From positions 1 through 32,000 of the forward strand of contig JAWCFL010000011.1 of the NCBI GenBank assembly GCA_038858525.1: DNA of 32,000 bases. The letters run 5' to 3'. Position 1 is the first letter of the stretch; each line of letters begins with the position of its first letter. Position numbers and translations under genes: made by a program. The DNA comes from Candidatus Jordarchaeales archaeon (GTDB taxonomy: Archaea; Asgardarchaeota; Jordiarchaeia; Jordiarchaeales; Freyrarchaeaceae). The notes below the pieces were generated by a model that was not told the origin of the DNA, ran no database searches, and saw only the letters and a program-made list of their open reading frames with translations. This document shows positions 16,489 to 23,500 of the stretch, one piece after another.

Positions 16489-18853
16489 GGTTGTAACGCC
16501 TGCGATCCAAAAGCTCTTGCTTTTTCGGGTCATTCCATGTAGCTTTGACCCCTTGAAGATATCCTGTAATGCGGGAGTATATTTCGGCTCGCCGGCTGCC
16601 ACATTTTGGACATTTAAACTCGACTAGTTCTACAGGTGAGTCGAACTGATGGTTTCTCCAGTCTATTGTTCCCTGCGCATGGCAGTCAGGGCAGACCCAT
16701 ATGTCTAACGTGAAGTCGAAGTATGCGGTTAACGTGTTTCGAGCAATTTTAACGATGAACTTCCACAAAGCGTAAGGGTCGGGTTGCACATCTTCAAGGA
16801 AGATATGCTGTAGGAAGCCTCCTCCAAGTAGGGGAGCAAACATTGCCTCTTTCTTTATCCTTTCAGCTAAGGGGATGTCGGCATCTACCGGCTGGTGAAC
16901 CGAGTTAGTCAGGTACACGTTTGGGTATTTACCTCTGAGGTATGGTCTCACTTCTGGGTATCGCTCGTAAAGTATTCTTGCAAGCTTCCCAGCCGCCGAC
17001 TCAGCTGGCGTTCGGGTAACTTCAAATATGAGCCCTGTTTCTTCCGACCATTCCTTTGCGAGGTTGTTCATAAACTTCAAAACTTTGACTGCGAACTTTA
17101 ATCCTTCCTCATGCCAGAGTGGGTATCCTGTTACAATTTCCACAGTCTCAGCAAACCCTATTGTACCTATAAGCAATTCTCTTTCTTCAGGGATTATCAT
17201 GTCCTTGCCGTTTGGTCTTTTAACATTATACAGAGGAGCTAATCCAAGGCGCTTAATGCGCTTAACTACCTCATACCTGTGAAGCAAACTTGGAACCGTT
17301 ACTTCGTTTATTATTCTTCCAAAGTCGTCGAAGAACGCGTCTTCGTCTTGACCGATTGTTCTGGCAGCTGAAGCAACGGGGTTTGGAGTGTCCATCTGTA
17401 TAGCGCCGTAAACGGCGTTTCCGGACAGGTATTCTTCAACTTGCTCCGGAGTTTTAGCTCCCCAGGTGTGGGAGCAACAGGAGACGCAGCCGCCGATTAT
17501 CTTTTTCCGCCAGTTCAGGTAATTGACGAAGTACGGTAACCCATACTTTGCCGTCAGTCTAGCGGCCCAAATGTATGCTTCTTCGAATTCAGGTTTCATC
17601 CACTCCTCTCTAAGCTCAATGTTAAGCTTCGGGTAGTTGAACAGCTTTCCGTACCTGTCACCATAGTACATGACTTTCATGAACTCGATGAAGTAGGTTT
17701 TAACTTCATCGACAAAGTCGCCGTAAACATACTTTTCGCTCATCTTACCCCCAGGAAGTATCACAGGTTCGTTCATGAACTCTTTCTTTATTCCTGGACC
17801 AATATCTATCGAGGTAAACGGGACTTGGCCTCCTCTCGCAACATATTGCTGTGTGGCGATATATGGAGTGTGCTGGCATGCTTGCTCAACCTCGCGCTGC
17901 GAAACTCGCCTCAGAACATACGCAACAATGGCTTGAACAATTTCTCTCGGAATCTGATTGAACCTTTGATAAAGCTCATCGGTTAACCCTAACGCAGGCT
18001 GGTTCATCTCGGCAATTAATTGCGCGGCGCTCTTCAACACTTCTTCTTGCTTGAATCCTCTAAGATACCAAGCTATGCTTTCCATCCAGTTATGGAATCC
18101 CTGGCCTCCGGACATGTTGCTTTGCCAAGACGCCAGCCAAATCGCAGCGTGATTAACGAAAACCGTTAAGTGTTTCGGTGGACCAGCACTCGACGAATGC
18201 ATTCCTCCCAAGCCGTCGGGCTCTAGACCCAAGACGATGAAGAGGCGTGGATCCCAAGAAGCACAGTAATCCCTTATACTCGTATATTCTCTATCTTTAT
18301 GGTAATTATCACCGTTTAGATGAGCGTCAGCTATGTTGGTGTCGAAGAACAGCCTTTTTCCTGTGGGAACAGTTACCTCTAAATGTCCAGGCAGAGTTAA
18401 GTAAGTGTGTTCAGTCATCACACGGTCGTAGATCACCTTGGCAATGGTCTCCGGATTTATCTGAAGATTAGCGTTCCAAGTATGCTGTAGAGGATTAATG
18501 ATCATCTCATTAAGGTCATAGATCGGTATACCTATCCTAGTGTATTTTTTCCTAGCCTCCACTAGTCCCATTTCGGCCAGCACAGAGCAACACATCTCTC
18601 GTATCATTGGACCAGACAGCCACTGTATGTTAGATGAGAGTATGCGTTTGACAACGCTCCTAGCAACTTCAGATGCTACATCCCTGCTGACTCCAGCCTC
18701 CTTAACAAGGCTGTTAATGATTTTGGTAACATCGAATGGTTCTATCATTCCTCTGTTTGTCCTTACAGCAGGCATCAATGAGTTCCAAAAGGTTTCGTCT
18801 TTTTCTTTTCGAGGCGACTCTTCTTCCGCATGATCAAAAGCCGGTTTCACCAA
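16478..18853 (-). CDS. nrdD: Class III (anaerobic) ribonucleoside-triphosphate reductase with ATP cone
   Basis: ATP cone (EPFDVTKIINSLVKEAG), GGQ, SCC finger, TPAES, YLTNS, CxxC/CxxC Zn site, glycyl radical loop YSRITGYLQ. Confidence 0.95.
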   Translation of the reverse strand: MVKPAFDHAEEESPRKEKDETFWNSLMPAVRTNRGMIEPFDVTKIINSLVKEAGVSRDVASEVARSVVKRILSSNIQWLSGPMIREMCCSVLAEMGLVEARKKYTRIGIPIYDLNEMIINPLQHTWNANLQINPETIAKVIYDRVMTEHTYLTLPGHLEVTVPTGKRLFFDTNIADAHLNGDNYHKDREYTSIRDYCASWDPRLFIVLGLEPDGLGGMHSSSAGPPKHLTVFVNHAAIWLASWQSNMSGGQGFHNWMESIAWYLRGFKQEEVLKSAAQLIAEMNQPALGLTDELYQRFNQIPREIVQAIVAYVLRRVSQREVEQACQHTPYIATQQYVARGGQVPFTSIDIGPGIKKEFMNEPVILPGGKMSEKYVYGDFVDEVKTYFIEFMKVMYYGDRYGKLFNYPKLNIELREEWMKPEFEEAYIWAARLTAKYGLPYFVNYLNWRKKIIGGCVSCCSHTWGAKTPEQVEEYLSGNAVYGAIQMDTPNPVASAARTIGQDEDAFFDDFGRIINEVTVPSLLHRYEVVKRIKRLGLAPLYNVKRPNGKDMIIPEERELLIGTIGFAETVEIVTGYPLWHEEGLKFAVKVLKFMNNLAKEWSEETGLIFEVTRTPAESAAGKLARILYERYPEVRPYLRGKYPNVYLTNSVHQPVDADIPLAERIKKEAMFAPLLGGGFLQHIFLEDVQPDPYALWKFIVKIARNTLTAYFDFTLDIWVCPDCHAQGTIDWRNHQFDSPVELVEFKCPKCGSRRAEIYSRITGYLQGVKATWNDPKKQELLDRRRYNLNV

Positions 18854-18859
18854 CTAAAA

Positions 18860-19141
18860 TCACCCTTTCATCAATATGTTTTTCAAATCCTCGTAGGATA
18901 CAGGATCCCCTAAAACTAGAAGCCGCATACCGCCTTCCTCAATAGCAACTATGGCTGGCGTGCTAGCAATGTATATCTGATTTTGAAGCAACTCGAATTC
19001 AAGTTCCTCCGGAAGCCTCGTGACGTCAAATATTTCTAGCGGAATGCGAAGTTCCTCACTAACTTTCTCGGCTGCCTTCTTGGCTACGGGACAATTAGGA
19101 CAATTTTCTTGTGTGAACACCAAAAGCTTGCTCACCTTCAC
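18860..19141 (-). CDS. Thioredoxin/glutaredoxin-like protein (NrdH-like)
   Basis: FTQENCPNC and cis-Pro STPAI motifs; directly upstream of nrdD; SD GGGGAGGT. Confidence 0.85.
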   Translation of the reverse strand: MKVSKLLVFTQENCPNCPVAKKAAEKVSEELRIPLEIFDVTRLPEELEFELLQNQIYIASTPAIVAIEEGGMRLLVLGDPVSYEDLKNILMKG

Positions 19142-19456
19142 AACTTGAACCTCCCCATAAAAGGACGCGGATAAAGTCTAATCGTCATGTTCATCATTTT
19201 TTATTTACCACACGCACTTTTAAAAGTGGATAACACCTGTTTCCTTTATCAGTTAAGAGTTAAAAGTAAGGAACGAATTTAAAAGTTTCTTTAATTTTTA
19301 AAGTAACGAATCATTTAATGCATAGTTGCTTCAACTTTGGAAAGCAAAATAAGCTTATATAATATATAAATTCGAAGCGTTAAGGTGTTATTTCTAATTT
19401 ATACGGCCAAAAGTGTTGCCGAACCTTGAGCTATGTGAAAAAGGTAGTTTGAATCA

Positions 19457-20083
19457 TTAAGGTTTTTCTTTTCCTTTAAAGTATTTTGCTACCACATACA
19501 TTTCAGCGCTTTGTTTTCTTGATGCAGACGGCTTGGTTGTGTAGACCTTTTTGAAGGAAAGGCGGACCTCGTCAAGCAGAGACTCGTATCCGGCGCCTTG
19601 AAAAACTTTTAGAACCAAACTGCCGCCTTCCCTTAAAAGCATTTTAGCGATGCTTAGGCTTGCCCTAGCAAGTTGAAGTTGGCGTTCGTGGTCTAAACTC
19701 CATATTCCACTAACTTTAGGCGAGCAGTCACTTAGCACTAAATCCACTTTATTAGTCACTCTTAAAATCTCATGTACAATTTTTTCGTCTTGGATATCGC
19801 CTTTTATGAATATGACTCCATTCATTCTTTCTATTTCGGATAAGTCAACGCCGATAACCACGCCCTTATCACCTAAATACTCTTTTGCTACTTGGAGCCA
19901 GCCTCCGGGGGAGCAGCAAAGATCCAAAACAGCGTTTACACCTCGGAAAATATCGAATCTTGTAGCGATTTCCTTTAATTTGTAGGCAGCTCTAGAGCGG
20001 TAACCTTCCTTGCGGGCTCTAAAGTAATAATAATCTTTTCTTCTGCTCAAACTTCTCAGCTTCCCTTTGTTACAAGAATACAA
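19457..20083 (-). CDS. rlmE: 23S rRNA Um2552 2'-O-methyltransferase (RrmJ/FtsJ)
   Basis: KEGYRSRAAYKL, VLDLCCSPGGW, VLSD.SP.VSG, KVFQG, KPSASRK.SAEMY; start uncertain. Confidence 0.93.
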   Translation of the reverse strand: MYSCNKGKLRSLSRRKDYYYFRARKEGYRSRAAYKLKEIATRFDIFRGVNAVLDLCCSPGGWLQVAKEYLGDKGVVIGVDLSEIERMNGVIFIKGDIQDEKIVHEILRVTNKVDLVLSDCSPKVSGIWSLDHERQLQLARASLSIAKMLLREGGSLVLKVFQGAGYESLLDEVRLSFKKVYTTKPSASRKQSAEMYVVAKYFKGKEKP

Positions 20084-20160
20084 GTAGTCTTTTCTTGTTT
20101 CAAGAAAAAGTTTTAATTAAGTGCATTATCTTTTTTTGGGTTAAGGGTGGGCTCTGCTTG

Positions 20161-21009
20161 GTGGAAGAGGAAGAGTTTTATAAGGCTAAGATCTCGGAGC
20201 TTGAAAAAAAGCGCCTTGACTTGCAGGAGGAGCTTGGAAGGCTTAGAAAGCATGCTGAAAAGCATAAGGAGTTAAGAGATAAGAAGAACAGTGAAGTGAA
20301 AGCAACAATTCAAGCATTAAAAGAGGTTAGAGAGAAAAGAAAGGAAAAAATCGGGGAGATGAGTGGACTTAAAGAAGAACTAAGAGAAGTTAAAGACAAG
20401 CTTAGAAAAGCTATAGAGGAAAAGAGGAAAATAAACTGGAGAGAGTATCCTAACGGTGAAGAAATTAAACATAGGATTGATTGTTTAGAGTGGAAGATCC
20501 AAATTACTCCGCTTTCACTAGAAGAGGAGAAAAAAGTTGTGGCTGAGATAGCTAGGCTTGAGAGGGAGGCGCTAGAGGCAGAAGAGCAAAGAAAAGCATA
20601 TGAAAGAGCATGCCAGCATATTGGAGAGCTCGAGACTAAGAGGGAAAGCATAGTTTCGAGGATAAATGCGTTAAAGGAGGAGATTGCAGAGCTTGACGCG
20701 AAAATCAATGTTATGGAGGAAAAGTTTCGTGCGGCGAAGGAGGAGGCTGACCAAGCGCATAGAAACTATTTAGAGTTGTTCGAAAAAATAATCAAAATAG
20801 AGAACGAGTTAGAGAAGCTGGTTGAGGAGGAAAGGATCTACAGGAGAATGTACTTCAGAGTATTTGAGAGAAAAAAAGAGGAGGAAGAGAAAGAGAAGAG
20901 AAGAATTTTGGAGGAGAAAGCGGTCGCAATAAGGGAGAAGCTTAAGAGGGGAGAGAAAGTTAACATACATGAGTTAAGAATCATTTTTCTTGGGGAGGAA
21001 GAAAGATAG
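20161..21009 (+). CDS. Conserved archaeal coiled-coil protein (COG1340-like)
   Basis: Heptad E/K-rich sequence, LEWKIQITPLSLEEEKKVV..I motif, C-terminal KLKRGEKV; GTG 20161 preferred. Confidence 0.75.
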   Translation: MEEEEFYKAKISELEKKRLDLQEELGRLRKHAEKHKELRDKKNSEVKATIQALKEVREKRKEKIGEMSGLKEELREVKDKLRKAIEEKRKINWREYPNGEEIKHRIDCLEWKIQITPLSLEEEKKVVAEIARLEREALEAEEQRKAYERACQHIGELETKRESIVSRINALKEEIAELDAKINVMEEKFRAAKEEADQAHRNYLELFEKIIKIENELEKLVEEERIYRRMYFRVFERKKEEEEKEKRRILEEKAVAIREKLKRGEKVNIHELRIIFLGEEER

Positions 21010-21010
21010 T

Positions 21011-21472
21011 TTACTCCTCGAAGGTTGCGGTTGCTCCTTCTGCTTCTTCAACCGAGACTTTAAGATGAAGGTTAGTTGGTAGAAGCCTCTTTAATTGATG
21101 ATGAATGTATTCTGCTATTTTTTCTGCTGTTGTGGCTTCTATGGGTAAGAGAGCAACGTCGTTTCTCGGAAAAACATATCTTCGATCGCTAAGCATGATG
21201 CAGATTTCACCTTCATCTTCCTTTAATTTTAATCCCTGAGACTTAGTTGGTACTAATACACGATGGTCCAACGGTTCGCAAACAGACTTCACAGCGCTTC
21301 GTATGGTGAAGAAGTCAACTACCATCTGCTCCAAATTCAACAGAGGAGACGACGCTTCCACCCGTACTTTATAGTTATGGCCGTGGAGGCGGGCGCATTT
21401 TTCGTGTGAAAGCAGAAAGTGGGCTGCTGAGAAGACAAGGTCTGCTCTTTCAATAGTAATTTTGTATGGCAA
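21011..21472 (-). CDS. queD: 6-carboxytetrahydropterin synthase
   Basis: FSAAHF, CARLHGHNY, MVVDF, LDH, TTAEKIAEY, VSVEE. Confidence 0.9.
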   Translation of the reverse strand: MPYKITIERADLVFSAAHFLLSHEKCARLHGHNYKVRVEASSPLLNLEQMVVDFFTIRSAVKSVCEPLDHRVLVPTKSQGLKLKEDEGEICIMLSDRRYVFPRNDVALLPIEATTAEKIAEYIHHQLKRLLPTNLHLKVSVEEAEGATATFEE

Positions 21473-21492
21473 TGTAACTTTTCCCTCCTTTT

Positions 21493-22119
21493 TTAGAAGG
21501 TTTTAGACTTTGCGACATCTTTATCTATATCTAGGATTTCATGCCGGTATCGTCTAGCGAGAGAGACAGCGAAGTCTTCGATGTCTTCTCTTTTAAATCC
21601 TAGGTCTAAGAGTGATGCGACTTTGACGGCTGGAGGGGCACCCTTAGAGGAGATGTTAAAAGCAAAGTGCATTTTGCCGGAAGCAGGGGATACTGTTGCG
21701 ATGCCCACGTTGAGTTTGCCATTCTTAAAGTAGAAGTCTGTGCCTTCACGTCTCAACTTCACATTGCAGGTTTCTTCTATAAGCTCTTTGAAGAGAAACG
21801 CAAGAATCCGGAGACGATGATACATAAGACGTAGTGAGGGGGGCTGCTGGTCGAAGTGTTCGATGACGATACTTACTGCTTCGTCCGCGCATATAACTGG
21901 GTGTCCTTTTCCTCCTTCAATAATAAAGTCCTTTACATCTACAAGCTCAGAAGCTTCAACTCGAAGTGGGCCGCTAAAGATCACCACAGAGTCACCTTGT
22001 AGGCCAAGTTTCCTAAGAGCCCAGAGGGGTTTAATTTCTTCGCCGGTGTAAGTCATCTTACATATGAAGGGGAGTAGTGCCACTATTATTGGCTCTTTCT
22101 CTAATATCTTTAGCTCCAA
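21493..22119 (-). CDS. DUF366 family protein
   Basis: YTGEEIKPLWA...GDSVVIF.GP, LVD.KD, IVIEHFD, GTDFY...KLNVGIAT, MHFAFNI. Confidence 0.8.
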   Translation of the reverse strand: MELKILEKEPIIVALLPFICKMTYTGEEIKPLWALRKLGLQGDSVVIFSGPLRVEASELVDVKDFIIEGGKGHPVICADEAVSIVIEHFDQQPPSLRLMYHRLRILAFLFKELIEETCNVKLRREGTDFYFKNGKLNVGIATVSPASGKMHFAFNISSKGAPPAVKVASLLDLGFKREDIEDFAVSLARRYRHEILDIDKDVAKSKTF

Positions 22120-22130
22120 TGTGAAGCCTC

Positions 22131-22978
22131 CTAGAGTATGCCTAGAAATTTGTGAGTCTGTACGGATAGTGAAACGTTTTCGCTACCCAAATAGCGTGCA
22201 GCTGCTTCAGTAAAGATGCAGAGTTGTTGGAAACTTGGGGGGAGATAACCGTTTTTAGGGGTTACTGGCTGAATACATATAGGACAATTTATTCTTGAAA
22301 GCTCGCGTGAATACCATTCAACGTTTTCTAGTTTAGTATTTGAAGTAACAACGACTTTAGCAAAGACCGCCACACCAGCATCTGAAAGTATCTTTATCGT
22401 TTCCAGCTCTAATTCGACAAGTTTCCTCCAGTTTTCTGCAGCACCAGCTGACTCATCCTTAATGTCGCAGCAGCAGTAGTCAAGCAGATGAGAGATTCTA
22501 GCAGCATGTGCAGGCATCGATCCATTTGTCTCTAAATACAGCTTGAAGCCCTCATTTTTAAGAGATTCTGCTGTTGAAGCTAGGAACTCCGGCTGGAACA
22601 ATGGTTCTCCGCCTGTCAGAGATATGGCGTGAGTGTCTGGCGAGTAAAGCCTGCGAGCCCACTCCGCTATAAAGCTTGGCTCAACAGGGTTTACGAAGCG
22701 AAGGTTTTCGTTAGTAGGCGTCACTATTTTTAGGTAGTCGGGATTAGGCTTTATGGCGTGGGGGGTTTTACGCTTTTTCGAGTCGCACCACCCACACCCT
22801 CGCCTGCCAAAAGCTCCAAGCCCAATGTTACAGCCCGAGAAGCGGATAATTCGACGGCGTTTAAGCCTATATCGTCCGCCGCCCATAATTTGACCCCTTT
22901 ACGCTTCCACCCTCGCCTTCACCCTTCCTAACCGGAAGATTGGTAGGAGGAGAAAATCTCACTTATCCATCCTTTCAC
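22131..22978 (-). CDS. queE: 7-carboxy-7-deazaguanine synthase, intron-split: exons 22978-22940, 22917-22869, 22849-22782, 22766-22131 (263 aa spliced)
   Basis: Spliced N-terminus MKGWISEIFSSYQGEGGSVKGSNYGRRTIFIRFSGCN...CGWCDTPH; later LTGGEP, LETNG, IQPVTP, QTHK; SD GAGGTG (22992-22987) 8 nt before GTG 22978. Confidence 0.9.
22767..22781 (-). other. Probable in-frame BHB intron 3 in queE mRNA (15 nt, TCGAAAAAGCGTAAA)
   Basis: Central helix UGCG/CGUA, bulges AC|U and AA|A, exon stem GG/CC; removal converts WCDSKKRKTPH to WCDTPH; only 1-bp intron stem. Confidence 0.65.
22850..22868 (-). other. BHB intron 2 in queE mRNA (19 nt, AGGCTTAAACGCCGTCGAA)
   Basis: Central helix CGAU/GUCG, bulges AU|A and AA|U, intron stem GGC/GCC; retention gives TAG; removal gives ACG ATA T|TT ATC CGC TTC = TIFIRF. 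Confidence 0.88.
22918..22939 (-). other. BHB intron 1 in queE mRNA (22 nt, TCTTCCGGTTAGGAAGGGTGAA)
   Basis: Central helix UACC/GGUG, bulges AA|U and AA|G, intron stem CUUCC/GGAAG; contains an in-frame TAG; removal gives CAA|GGC GAG GGT = QGEG. Confidence 0.88.
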
Positions 22979-23083
22979 AATCGCACCACCTCTTTAACAG
23001 TGAAATTCTCAGGAAAACAAAATTGCGAAAAAAGTTTAATTAGGCTTCTTGGGTTAGCGTGTGATTGAGAGGGGCGGTTAAGA

Positions 23084-23500
23084 TTGGCTTTATTAAAGCT
23101 TTTAGTCCCCAAAACGGAGATAGATGTCTGCAGCGTGCGCTCAGTTGAGCAGTCTATAGGTAAAGCCGAAAAGGGCTTAGAGGGCTACATTGAAAATACG
23201 GCCGTAATCCTCATGCATAAAGACGACATGCGTAAGATGGGCGTGAAGAATGGTGATAAAATTAAGGTCTCTTCAGCTTATGGGTCAGTCATCGTTAAAG
23301 CATATGAGACAGATGAAACCAAGCCGGGATTGGCGCTTATGCCTAACGGGCCATGGTTTAACGCAATAACGAGGGGGGATATACAGGTAACCTGGGGGGA
23401 TCATTACTATTTAGTGAAGGTCACGTTGGAAGCGACCAGCAAAGAGGTTACCAAGTTAGAAGAGATAGAGGAACGTTTTACTAAGGAGGACAAGGAATGA
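23084..23500 (+). CDS. fwdD: Formylmethanofuran dehydrogenase subunit D-like (molybdopterin-binding)
   Basis: MHKDDMRKMGVKNGDKIKVSSAYGSVIV, GLALMPNGPWFN; next to fwdA/B. Confidence 0.8.
   Translation: MALLKLLVPKTEIDVCSVRSVEQSIGKAEKGLEGYIENTAVILMHKDDMRKMGVKNGDKIKVSSAYGSVIVKAYETDETKPGLALMPNGPWFNAITRGDIQVTWGDHYYLVKVTLEATSKEVTKLEEIEERFTKEDKE

Noticed and set aside
19150-19200. Box C/D sRNA starting at ATGATGA on the minus strand
   Set aside because: No CTGA D box downstream; the region is the leader and SD of the thioredoxin-like gene
22050-22090. Two tiny introns (22 + 11 nt) in DUF366
   Set aside because: The first has a mismatched helix and no intron stem, the second almost no loop; the spliced product (EPSYYTG) is not clearly better
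22797-22833. Further intron explaining the long CX11CX2C cluster motif of QueE
   Set aside because: The best helix (CUGU/GCAG) would excise 26 nt and shift the frame, with no flanking stems; extended spacing is known in some QueE proteins
22131-22886. ORF-track queE starting at ATG 22886 (MGGGRYRL...)
   Set aside because: It lacks the conserved SxQGEG segment, which is encoded upstream behind a good SD; this ATG is an out-of-frame codon in exon 2
22850-22939. queE as a pseudogene or assembly error
   Set aside because: Random insertions would not each form a 4-bp helix with 3-nt bulges whose canonical cut sites restore consensus motifs, and the rest of the gene is intact; disfavoured, but formally excluded only by reads
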